NCBI GenBank assembly: GCA_046734675.1
Contig: JBKPRU010000332.1
Location: forward strand, 1 to 39,476
Reading direction: 5' to 3'
DNA length: 39,476 nucleotides
Origin: Acidobacteriota bacterium
GTDB taxonomy: Bacteria; Acidobacteriota; Vicinamibacteria; Vicinamibacterales; 2-12-FULL-66-21
Made by a program: the position numbers and the translations under genes. How positions within the stretch are numbered: position 1 is the stretch's first letter; every line of letters begins with the position of its first letter. Below are positions 8,600 through 16,558 of the stretch, piece after piece. The notes under the pieces are model-generated. The model did not search any database, was not told the DNA's origin, and saw only the letters and a program-made list of their open reading frames with translations.

Positions 8600-9940
8600 A
8601 TGGTCTCCGCCCTCGTGACCGATCTCTACCAGCTTACGATGCTGGCCGGCTACGTCGCGCGCGGCCGGCACCTCTCGACTCGTGCGACGTTCGAGCTGTT
8701 CGTCAGGCGCCTGCCGCGCAACCGCAACTTCATAATCTGCGCCGGCCTCGAAGAGGTGCTGTCGTTCCTCGAGGCGCTCCATTTCGAAGAGGCAGAGGTT
8801 GCGTGGCTCGGACGACAGCCACAGTTCGCGTCCGCGCCGCGCGCGTTCTTCGACTACCTGCGGACCCTCGCCTTCTCGGGCGACGTGTGGGCGGTCCGCG
8901 AGGGCACGCCGGTGTTCGCGAACGAACCGATGCTGCGCGTCACCGCGCCGCTTGGCGAAGCGCAGCTCGTCGAGACGGCGCTCCTCGCAACGGTGAATTT
9001 CCAGACGTCGATCGCGAGCAAGGGAGCGCGCGTGGTGCTCGCGGCAGAGGGGAGGCCAGTGATGGAATTCGGCGCGCGCCGAGCCCATGGTCTGGAGGCG
9101 GCGCTGCAGGCGGCTCGCGCGGCGTGTCTTGCCGGATGCGCCGGCACGTCCGTCGTCGAGGCCGGCCGCCGCTGGTCGGTGCCGCTGTCGGGGACGATGG
9201 CGCACTCGTGGGTGATGGCGGCGCCCGACGAGATCAGCGCGTTCGACGATTATCAGTCGCTGTTCGGCGCGCACTCCGTGCTGCTCCTCGACACGTACGA
9301 CACCGCCGCGGCCGCGCGCGCGATCGTGGCGCACGGATTGCGGCCGCCGGCCGTGCGCCTCGACAGCGGCGACCTTGCCGCGCTCAGCCGCGAGGTGCGT
9401 GCCATCTTCGACGAGGGAGGCCTCGGCGCCACGCGCATTCTCGCCAGCGGCGATCTCGACGAGTACGAGATCGCGAAGCTGATCGCGGCCGGGGCGCCGG
9501 TCGACGGCTTTGGCGTCGGCACCAGCGTCGCGACCTCGATCGACGCGCCCGCGCTCGGCGGCGTCTACAAGCTCGTCGAAGTGGAGGACGAGCGCGGCCC
9601 GCGGATGGTGCGAAAGGCGAGCGCGGGCAAGGCGACCTGGCCCGGGCGAAAGCAGGTGTGGCGCGTGATGGAGGGGGAGTGTGCCGTACGCGACGTCATC
9701 GCGCTTCACGACGAACCACCCGTCGCCGGCGCGCGTCCACTGCTCGACCCGGTCATTCGCAACGGCACCGTCGTCTGCCGCGACTCGTTTGCGGACGCGC
9801 GCGCCTATTGCGCGACGCAGATCGCGGCGCTGCCTTCAGATCTGAGACGGATCGATGCGGGTGCTGCGTACGCCGTGCAGCCGAGTGACGTGCTGCGTCA
9901 TGCGATCGAGCGTCCGCTGATCGGTGAACGCCGGGTCTAA
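8600..9940 (+). CDS. pncB: Nicotinate phosphoribosyltransferase
   Basis: ATG at 8600 follows GAGGAA. The N-terminus ALVTDLYQLTMLAGY, together with GTMAHSWV and FGVGT, is typical of NAPRTase. The track ORF start at 8237 is an Arg-rich over-extension. Confidence 0.9.
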   Translation: MVSALVTDLYQLTMLAGYVARGRHLSTRATFELFVRRLPRNRNFIICAGLEEVLSFLEALHFEEAEVAWLGRQPQFASAPRAFFDYLRTLAFSGDVWAVREGTPVFANEPMLRVTAPLGEAQLVETALLATVNFQTSIASKGARVVLAAEGRPVMEFGARRAHGLEAALQAARAACLAGCAGTSVVEAGRRWSVPLSGTMAHSWVMAAPDEISAFDDYQSLFGAHSVLLLDTYDTAAAARAIVAHGLRPPAVRLDSGDLAALSREVRAIFDEGGLGATRILASGDLDEYEIAKLIAAGAPVDGFGVGTSVATSIDAPALGGVYKLVEVEDERGPRMVRKASAGKATWPGRKQVWRVMEGECAVRDVIALHDEPPVAGARPLLDPVIRNGTVVCRDSFADARAYCATQIAALPSDLRRIDAGAAYAVQPSDVLRHAIERPLIGERRV

Positions 9941-10011
9941 AGACCCGGCCTACGTGGAATCAATTTTTGCGGGCTACGTGATCAGTCGTAGGCCGGGTCT
10001 TTAGACCCGGC
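9930..10011. repeat. Inverted pair of R1 REP hairpins between convergent genes
   Basis: GCCGGGTCTAAAGACCCGGCCTAC (9930-9953) faces GTAGGCCGGGTCTTTAGACCCGGC (9988-10011). The pncB TAA stop (9938-9940) is the loop of the first hairpin. Confidence 0.85.
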
Positions 10012-10036
10012 AACACGAAACCCCAAACGCGTTTCA

Positions 10037-10477
10037 TCAGCGCGCGTCGACTTCAGTGATCATCACGCCACGGTTACCGTCGCGGACGATGTTCGTGTGG
10101 ACGTCGATGCGGCGGAAGCGACGTGAGGCGCGTGGCGGCATCGCGATCTCGACGAGCCGCCAACTCGAGTCCGTGAGCGCCACGCGACTGACGTTCTCAT
10201 CATCCAGCCTCACCGTTGCGATCATCGGCCGGCTGTCGCTCGCGTCGAACGTCGTGGCGATGCGAAACCCGACGCGTGACGGGTTGGACGGCACGAAGAA
10301 CGACGCGTGGCCGCCCGACCACCGGTAGCGCGTGCCATCGGGCGCCTGCTGCCAACCGCGGAGACCGGTGGTCTCCGTCGCCAGCCAGCCGGGATCGCGG
10401 AGGTACGCGAGCGCGACGAGGATGACGAGCAGCACCGCGCCGGTGACGACAAGACGGCGGGCCGTCCTCACCACCAT
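10037..10477 (-). CDS. Small N-terminally anchored hypothetical protein (146 aa)
   Basis: ATG at 10477 overlaps the upstream gene's TGA (10468-10470) by 10 nt. TM anchor LVVTGAVLLVILVALAYL is followed by a beta-rich domain (RYRWSGGHASFFVP...VRLDDENV...WRLVEIAMP). The rest of track ORF 10037..11341 is shadow. Confidence 0.6.
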   Translation of the reverse strand: MVVRTARRLVVTGAVLLVILVALAYLRDPGWLATETTGLRGWQQAPDGTRYRWSGGHASFFVPSNPSRVGFRIATTFDASDSRPMIATVRLDDENVSRVALTDSSWRLVEIAMPPRASRRFRRIDVHTNIVRDGNRGVMITEVDAR

Positions 10478-11766
10478 GGCTCGAGAAAGACAGCGCGGTA
10501 CCGGGACCACGTGAGATCGGCCATCGGCAGCACGCCGTGCCAGTACTGCAGCATCTGAAACACAGATAACGCGCAGAGCGCGGTGACGACGAGGGCGACG
10601 GCGAGTCGCGCGCGCGGAACGGACGCGATGCGTGCGTAGAAGGAGGCCAGCCCGAGCGCGAACAGCGGATACACGTCCACGAACGCGCGATGGCCGTAGC
10701 TGGCGCCGAACTGCCAGTCCCACCAGCTGGCGATCAGGTAGGTGTCGACGACCAGGATCGCCATAATCGCGGGTAGCCAGCGGTGCAGCGATTGCGGAAG
10801 CCACCCGAAGCCGACGACCGCGAGCAGGAGCACGGGCGCGTAGAAGAACAATCCCTTCTGCACGCTCACCAGCACACCCGCGAGGTGCGGCGCCGCGAAC
10901 GTGAACCCGAGATTGCCGTACGAGCTGACGATCCAGTTCCCGGTCGCGGCACGATAGAGCAGCAGCTGCGGAAGAACGATCGCAAATGCCACGATCCCGA
11001 TGGTGGCGGTGAGACGCAGGCGATCGCGCCGATCGACGATCGCGAGCGTGGCGACGATCGCCACGACGACGATCGCGTTGGTGTGGCGGACGAGCACGAC
11101 CAGGCCGCTGACGATTCCGAGCGGGATCGCGCTCCGTGCCGGGCGCCACTCGTCCGCGAGATCGAGCAGGATGGCAACGAGCGCGAACGAGAACGCGTGG
11201 CTCCACGTGCTGTCGAACGTGGCGTAATGAAAGAGGCTGGTGCCGGCAAGGAGCGTCGCGAGCGTCGCCAGCGTGACCGCGGGCGAAACGTGACGCCGCA
11301 GCAGACGGTCGAGGCTCCACAGGCCGACGATCACGTAGCACAGGCCGGCTACGCCCGCGGCGTGTTGGTAGTAGCGGCTGAAGCCGTCCGGCGTGAGATT
11401 GGTCCAGCGCGTCAGCGCGTGCGCGACGGCAAAGAATGGCGCGATCAGGACGGCTTCACCGATCGGGTGCGCGTTCACCCACCGGTTCGTGCCCGGCCAG
11501 CGGATGATGGCCGTCCACGACGGAAACGATCCGCCGCAGCAATCGCTGGCGACCGACTGCAGGGTCGGGTCGTGATAGAGCAGCCACGACGGCAGGTAGA
11601 CGTAATACGAAAACGCGTCGGAGCGAATGGGCGTGCCGGCGCGTCCGTGCGTGTAGGCGTAGACGTAGCCGGCCAGGCAGAGGGCCGCCGCAAGCGCGAT
11701 CGACCACCGCGACGAAGCCGAAGCATCACGGATGGACACGGATGGATACGGACACAAGCCGCGCAT
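10468..11766 (-). CDS. Polytopic membrane protein, GT-C/ArnT(PMT_2)-like putative glycosyltransferase
   Basis: There are many TM helices, and the first periplasmic loop IRSDAFSYYVYLPSWLL resembles the Dxx..Y loop of GT-C enzymes. ATG at 11766; GTG at 11739 is an alternative. The first ~13 codons are read from an R3 repeat module. Confidence 0.5.
   Translation of the reverse strand: MRGLCPYPSVSIRDASASSRWSIALAAALCLAGYVYAYTHGRAGTPIRSDAFSYYVYLPSWLLYHDPTLQSVASDCCGGSFPSWTAIIRWPGTNRWVNAHPIGEAVLIAPFFAVAHALTRWTNLTPDGFSRYYQHAAGVAGLCYVIVGLWSLDRLLRRHVSPAVTLATLATLLAGTSLFHYATFDSTWSHAFSFALVAILLDLADEWRPARSAIPLGIVSGLVVLVRHTNAIVVVAIVATLAIVDRRDRLRLTATIGIVAFAIVLPQLLLYRAATGNWIVSSYGNLGFTFAAPHLAGVLVSVQKGLFFYAPVLLLAVVGFGWLPQSLHRWLPAIMAILVVDTYLIASWWDWQFGASYGHRAFVDVYPLFALGLASFYARIASVPRARLAVALVVTALCALSVFQMLQYWHGVLPMADLTWSRYRAVFLEPWW
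11727..11755. repeat. R3 module (CACGGATGGA / TCCATCCGTG tandem oligomers)
   Basis: The sequence is CACGGATGGACACGGATGGATACGGACAC. The same motif family occurs at 23906-23940, 34891-34925 and, degenerate, at 36897-36947. Confidence 0.75.
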
Positions 11767-11795
11767 GCGGGCGACGGAATCGCAGGAGCCCCCGG

Positions 11796-13109
11796 CTACT
11801 GCAGCCCTGAGGGCAGCCGCGGCGAGGAGAGCAGCCGCTCGAACTCCTGCCATCGGCGCTCGGGATGGTCGGCCGTGCCGCCGCGGGTCTCGATGTAGCG
11901 GCGCACCAGGTCCTTGCCGTAGTTGTAATTGATCACGTAACTGCGGTACTGGTCGAAGAAGCGGACCCGCTGTGCGGCGCGATCGTGCGCCATCAGCGCG
12001 AAGCGTTCCAGCCACGCGACCGCCGCGGCCGCGTCGATCTGTCCGTTCAAATAGCGGCGCGCCGCTTCATTCCCCGCATACGACAACTGGTCGACGAGCG
12101 CCTGCACGTCGTAGTACTCGCCGGCCTTCGATGGATCGAGGCCGGCCAGAGGAAAGAGCGTCTTCTGCTCGAACGCGCCGCGCTCCTTGCCGGGGAACGC
12201 GACCTCGATCCCGAAGTTCGCGGTGCCTTCCGCGATCAGCGACTGCGGCGAGAAGAGCGGGTACACGGAGAACTCGATCCAGCCGCGATCCTTGACCAGG
12301 TGCTTCTCCAGCAACGCGTTGTAGACGTGATGCCCGGGATACCCCTCGTGGCACGCGAGGTCGATCGCGCGGTCGATGTAGATCGGCAGGTCCGTGTTGA
12401 TCTGAATCAGGCTGCGGAAGCCGCCCTGATACCAGTTGTAGCCGCTCCACGCTTTGTTCGTGACGTACTCGAGCGTGAACTTTTCGCCCGTCGGCACGCT
12501 CACGTGATGCATCGTCCGCTCGCGGCACGCGGCGATCGCCGCCTGAAACACCGGGTCGAGCTTGTCGCGCGGGATGACGAAGCGCCGGCGCCACGCTTCG
12601 TAGCGCTCGACGAGCGGTCCCTCGCCGGGAAACCGTTTCTCCAGCTGATCGAGGATCGCCTGGAAATGTGACTCGGGGTAGGTCGGGGCGACCGCGTCGT
12701 ACAGCGCTTTCGACTCCTCGTCGAACGTGAGGCGTTCCCCCTTCAACATGCGCACGCGCGCGCTCATCGCCGACAGCTGCCGATCGAGATAGCGATGCCG
12801 CAGGCGCGACAACTCGTCGTCGCCTTCCGGGATGGCGCCGAGTTTCTGACGAAGCGCAGCGGCGTCCGCTCCGATGGCGTCGAGACCGGGGTGCGCCGCT
12901 TCGGCCTGCTGCTTCAACTCCGCGGGACCGTAGTACGCGTCGACGTAATCCTTGTCGTGCGTGCCGAGGGCAAGGACGAGTGTCACGTACTTCCGCGCAA
13001 TCTCCTGCATCGCGTCCTCGCCGCCACTTCGCGCCGGCGTCTGGGCTGCCGGGTGGCCTGCCGCCAGCGCGGCCGCCACGGCAGCTGCCCACAAAAATCG
13101 CCCGCTCAT
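11796..13109 (-). CDS. Secreted putative metallopeptidase-like protein with HEGYPGHH motif (DUF885-like)
   Basis: Signal peptide MSGRFLWAAAVAAALAAGHPAAQ. CHEGYPGHHVYN resembles the HExxPGHH motif of DUF885. ATG at 13109. Confidence 0.6.
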   Translation of the reverse strand: MSGRFLWAAAVAAALAAGHPAAQTPARSGGEDAMQEIARKYVTLVLALGTHDKDYVDAYYGPAELKQQAEAAHPGLDAIGADAAALRQKLGAIPEGDDELSRLRHRYLDRQLSAMSARVRMLKGERLTFDEESKALYDAVAPTYPESHFQAILDQLEKRFPGEGPLVERYEAWRRRFVIPRDKLDPVFQAAIAACRERTMHHVSVPTGEKFTLEYVTNKAWSGYNWYQGGFRSLIQINTDLPIYIDRAIDLACHEGYPGHHVYNALLEKHLVKDRGWIEFSVYPLFSPQSLIAEGTANFGIEVAFPGKERGAFEQKTLFPLAGLDPSKAGEYYDVQALVDQLSYAGNEAARRYLNGQIDAAAAVAWLERFALMAHDRAAQRVRFFDQYRSYVINYNYGKDLVRRYIETRGGTADHPERRWQEFERLLSSPRLPSGLQ

Positions 13110-13201
13110 TCGTGCCCCCCTGCCTATCTTGACACTAGACGCCGCCGGTCGCGGCGGAGCACGATCGCGGCATCCATATTGAATCAGCGGCGTCGTTCGA
13201 T

Positions 13202-13861
13202 ATGCGCGCGTTCTTCTTTTCCGTTCTTGGCTATTTCCTGACGCCGGTCGGCGTCGTGTTGATGGGGGTGCTCGACGCCTCCCTGATCTTCTTTCTGCCG
13301 CTCGGCATCGACTTCGTCGTGATCATCATGGCGGCGAGGAAGCCGGAGGTGTTCTGGCTGTACGCGCTGCTCGCGACGGTCGGGTCGCTGCTCGGCGCCG
13401 CGCTCACGTTCTGGATAGGGCGCAAGGTCGGTGAGGTCGGTCTCACGAAGCTCGTGAATCCGAAGCGGCTGGAACACGTGAAGGCGCGCGTCAACCGCGG
13501 GGCCGCGGTCGTCGCGGCGCTGGCGATCATTCCGCCGCCCTTCCCGTTCACGCCGTTCGTGTTGACCAGCGGCGCGCTCGGGATGAACGCGTGGTCGTTC
13601 CTGGGAACCCTCGCCGCGGTGCGCGTGTTCAGGTTCAGTGTGGAGGCCGCGCTCGCCTCGCGCTACGGCAGCCAGATCATTCGTTGGATGAAAACGCCGA
13701 CGTTCACGGCGATCGTCGGCATCTTCATCGCGCTGGCCGTGATCGGGACGGTCGGATCCGCGATCGCGTTGTGGCGCAGCTCCAGGCGGAGCGTCAAATC
13801 CGATAACGAAGCAGCGCCGCTACGCCGCCGAACGGCTCGAGCAGCGACGCGTCCTCGATGA
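13202..13861 (+). CDS. YqaA/DedA-related (SNARE-associated) membrane protein
   Basis: LMGVLDASLIFFLPLGIDFVVIIMA...TFWIGRKVGE plus further TM segments. The 3' end overlaps the convergent baeRF1 gene by 68 nt. Confidence 0.7.
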   Translation: MRAFFFSVLGYFLTPVGVVLMGVLDASLIFFLPLGIDFVVIIMAARKPEVFWLYALLATVGSLLGAALTFWIGRKVGEVGLTKLVNPKRLEHVKARVNRGAAVVAALAIIPPPFPFTPFVLTSGALGMNAWSFLGTLAAVRVFRFSVEAALASRYGSQIIRWMKTPTFTAIVGIFIALAVIGTVGSAIALWRSSRRSVKSDNEAAPLRRRTARAATRPR

Positions 13862-14954
13862 AGGTGACGCGCGCGGCGGTCTGCTGCGCCTTGGTGACCA
13901 GTTCGTCCGCCAGGCGGACGGTACCGACGTCAGCCTGCGCCGCCTCTCCCGCGGCCATCGGCTCGATGGCCGGTTCCACCAGCCCGGCGTCGTTCGCCAT
14001 CGCCATTTCGGCCGCCCGGCTGTGCGGCAGCGCGCCGAGGCTGCCGAGCGACGCCGTGATCAACAACTCGTCGACCTGACCATTGGTCAAAGCGAGCAGC
14101 GTCCGATCCGGGCCGACCACGCCGAGCCCGCCCGCACGATACGCGCCGACGGCCGCATCCACCTTCTCGCGATCCGTGCGCTCGTTCGACTTCTTCATCG
14201 AATCCAGCGCCGCTTTGATCACCTCGTCGTTCGAGGTGCCGGCAAGGTCCACGTTGAGCTCGTCGACGACTTTCTCGGTGAGGTGCTTCGGCATCTGCTC
14301 GCGCAGCAAGGGCAGCACGGCCGGATCACCGGCGATGAGAATCTGCTCGATGCCGTCCCTGGCGACGATCCGCTCGAGCGCGTCGATGACGTCCTTCACG
14401 TGCTGCAGGTGGTAGTTCTCGATATGCCGCTGGAAGCGCGCCTGCGACCAGCCTCCCTGCGACGTGCGTCGCGTCTTCACGCCTTCAATCTTCTGAGTGT
14501 CGGCCACCGCGTTCTGCGCGATCACCAGGATGCGGGTTGCGTGCGTGTCGGCGAGGACGGCGGCGAAGCGCGGAAACTGCGACACGACCCGGGCCAGCGG
14601 ATAGAGGTGCGGCTGGTCGCCGATGAACAGCCAGTGATCGTCGATTGGCGCCTCGAGCTGGACCGCTTCGAAAAGGTTGCCCGCATCGCACGCGAAGATG
14701 GCGACGCCGTGCGCGGACGGTTGCACCTCGGCCTCGAGATACTGTGAGATGCGCTCGAGGTCACGGTCGAGGCACTCGCGCTCCGGAGTGTTGGGCGCGT
14801 AGGTCTGCTGCCGCGCTTTGAACTCCTTGCGTGTGAACGTCTGGTAATTGTCACGCCCGTGCTGATTCGGCTGGGTATTCAGATACAGGCTGATGACCGG
14901 GTAAGGGGCTGGCTCGAAGGCCGCGAGCCGCTCGAGCTGTTCCGTCAATGACAT
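13794..14954 (-). CDS. Bacterial eRF1/Pelota-fold protein (baeRF1; Vms1/Ankzf1-family peptidyl-tRNA hydrolase-like), 386 aa
   Basis: ATG at 14954 is preceded by GGAGGAAAC. Features: N-terminus PVISLYLNT, a GGQ-like loop KTRRTSQGGWSQARFQRH, and a C-terminal domain ending GGVAALLRYRI. The upstream 435 codons of track ORF 13794..16259 are antisense shadow of the FAD gene. Confidence 0.7.
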   Translation of the reverse strand: MSLTEQLERLAAFEPAPYPVISLYLNTQPNQHGRDNYQTFTRKEFKARQQTYAPNTPERECLDRDLERISQYLEAEVQPSAHGVAIFACDAGNLFEAVQLEAPIDDHWLFIGDQPHLYPLARVVSQFPRFAAVLADTHATRILVIAQNAVADTQKIEGVKTRRTSQGGWSQARFQRHIENYHLQHVKDVIDALERIVARDGIEQILIAGDPAVLPLLREQMPKHLTEKVVDELNVDLAGTSNDEVIKAALDSMKKSNERTDREKVDAAVGAYRAGGLGVVGPDRTLLALTNGQVDELLITASLGSLGALPHSRAAEMAMANDAGLVEPAIEPMAAGEAAQADVGTVRLADELVTKAQQTAARVTFIEDASLLEPFGGVAALLRYRI

Positions 14955-14971
14955 GTTTCCTCCGCGTTGCG

Positions 14972-14992
14972 GGTTGTCGGGTGCCGGTTGCC
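14972..14992. repeat. R2 module fragment (GGTTGTCGG..GGTTGCC)
   Basis: GGTTGTCGGGTGCCGGTTGCC, with a further ACCGACAACC at 15051-15060 in the same divergent spacer. Confidence 0.6.
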
Positions 14993-15143
14993 GTCCGCTA
15001 CCACCACACTGTTGAACGGTTCGGGGCACGCGTACTTCCGGCCACCGAGCACCGACAACCCACAAGCGATTGCCAGCAAACGGCGTGCTCGATTGCCGCA
15101 GCTCTGCTGCGGGCGAGGGCTCGCGATACAATCGTCGCGCCGA

Positions 15144-16361
15144 ATGCGGACCGTTCCGTACTTCTTCGACACGTTCCCACGCAGCCGTCGTCCCGAGTAT
15201 CCACGCCAGAGAGGGGAAGCCCGCTTTACCGTCGCCATCGTCGGCGGAGGACTGACGGGATGCGCATGCGCAGCCGCGTTTGCCACCGCCGGCATCCGGG
15301 CGGTCCTCCTCGAGGGCGAGCGCATCGGCGCGTCGGCGACCGCCGCGAGCGCGGGTCTGCTCAGGCAGGATTTCGATGCGTCGTTTCAGGCGACGGAGAG
15401 TCAGCACGGGCTGCGTGCCGCGCGCCACCTCTGGCAGTCGATTCGCCGCGCCTCGCTCGATTTCGCGGCGGCGGTGCGGCGGCTGGGCGTGCGCGCGGAT
15501 CTCGCGCCGCAGGATCTGCTGCGCTTCACAAGCGGGGGCGCCGACGCCGGAAAGCGGCTCGCGCGCGAATATCAGGCGCGGCGCGACGCGGGTCTCGAGG
15601 TGTCGTGGCTGAACGCGCGCGCGCTCGCACGTGACGCGGACATCGCCGGCTCTGGCGCGATCCGCGTCAAAGGGGACGCGTTCGATCCGTATCGCGTGTG
15701 CGTCGCGTTGGCCGCTGGCGCGGCGGCCCGGGGTGCCGCGATTCACGAGCGCACGATCGTGCGCCGGGTGCGCGCCGGCCGCAAGTCTGTAGAGATCCGT
15801 ACCGAGAGCGGCGCCATCACCGCTGATGCGGTGATCATCGCGACCGGCGGTCCGATCGACGATCTTCGCGCGCTCCGCCGTCACTTCCGTCCGCTGCAGT
15901 CGTACGCGGTCGTCACCGAGCCGCTCCCCGCCGTCGTGCGACGTGCGGTCGGATCGCGCACGGCCGCGCTCCGCGACACCGCCGATCCGCCGCATCTCCT
16001 GCGATGGATGAAAGAGGATCGCGTCCTCTTCTGCGGCGCGGATCAGGAACCGGTGCCGGCGCGCGCGCTCGACAAGACGCTCGTCCAGCGCGCGAACCAG
16101 TTGATGTACGAGCTCACGACGATCTACCCGGCGATCTCGGGTCTGCAGCCGCAGTGGGCGTGGCCGCTCGTGCACTACGGATCGCCGGACGGCCTTCCGG
16201 TGATCGGTCCGCACCGGAACTTTCCCCGACACCTCTTCGCGCTCGGCCACGGCCGCCACGGCGCGGGCGTCGCCTGGCTCGCCGCGCGGTTACTTCTCCG
16301 CCACTTCACGGGCGAGCCCGCTAAAGGGGATGAGCTCTTCGGCTTCGCGAGAGTCCTTTAG
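15144..16361 (+). CDS. FAD-dependent oxidoreductase (DAO/glycine oxidase-like)
   Basis: ATG at 15144. Dinucleotide-binding fold VAIVGGGLTGCACAAAFATAG...LLE, and a C-terminal GHGRHG. The track start at 14967 is rejected because it runs through repeats. Confidence 0.8.
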   Translation: MRTVPYFFDTFPRSRRPEYPRQRGEARFTVAIVGGGLTGCACAAAFATAGIRAVLLEGERIGASATAASAGLLRQDFDASFQATESQHGLRAARHLWQSIRRASLDFAAAVRRLGVRADLAPQDLLRFTSGGADAGKRLAREYQARRDAGLEVSWLNARALARDADIAGSGAIRVKGDAFDPYRVCVALAAGAAARGAAIHERTIVRRVRAGRKSVEIRTESGAITADAVIIATGGPIDDLRALRRHFRPLQSYAVVTEPLPAVVRRAVGSRTAALRDTADPPHLLRWMKEDRVLFCGADQEPVPARALDKTLVQRANQLMYELTTIYPAISGLQPQWAWPLVHYGSPDGLPVIGPHRNFPRHLFALGHGRHGAGVAWLAARLLLRHFTGEPAKGDELFGFARVL

Positions 16362-16393
16362 CGGCGGTCTTCACTTGTCACGCCCGACGGCTC

Positions 16394-16482
16394 ATCACGA
16401 AGATCACGAAGGTCACGAAGGTCTTATTGGTTAAACCTTTTAATCTTCTTCGTGGTCTTTGTATCTTCGTGAGCTTCGTGAG
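16394..16482. repeat. R5 module: three direct RTCACGAAG 9-mers, an AT-rich centre, then four inverted CTTYGTNNN 9-mers
   Basis: The direct 9-mers are at 16394-16402, 16403-16411 and 16412-16420. The inverted copies are CTTCGTGGT (16448-16456), CTTTGTAT (16457-16464), and CTTCGTGAG at 16465-16473 and 16474-16482. The array is followed by GGCCGTGACTGTGAA, and the same tail follows the R5 copy at 24173-24222. Confidence 0.85.
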
Positions 16483-16558
16483 AAGGCCGATGGCCGTGAC
16501 TGTGAAAGTTGTGGGAATGCGTTTCTGCGGGGAGTAGGATGCGCCCTCGGAGGACCCC

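Noticed and set aside
7659-9940. The idea that the FRG-domain gene and the divergent pncB form an NAD-related defence module.
   Set aside because: pncB is a complete housekeeping NAD-salvage enzyme. There are no other defence-type genes nearby (nuclease, TIR, SIR2, Abi, methylase). Adjacency alone is not evidence.
13129-13134. TTGACA in the divergent spacer between the HEGYPGHH gene and yqaA, considered as a -35 box.
   Set aside because: The sequence 17 nt downstream is CGGCGG, so there is no -10-like hexamer at a usable distance.
15127-15132. TACAAT as a -10 box 12 nt upstream of the FAD oxidoreductase ATG, which would give a near-leaderless mRNA.
   Set aside because: There is no acceptable -35 at 16-18 nt spacing, and the hexamer alone is weak evidence. 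I left it as a note only.
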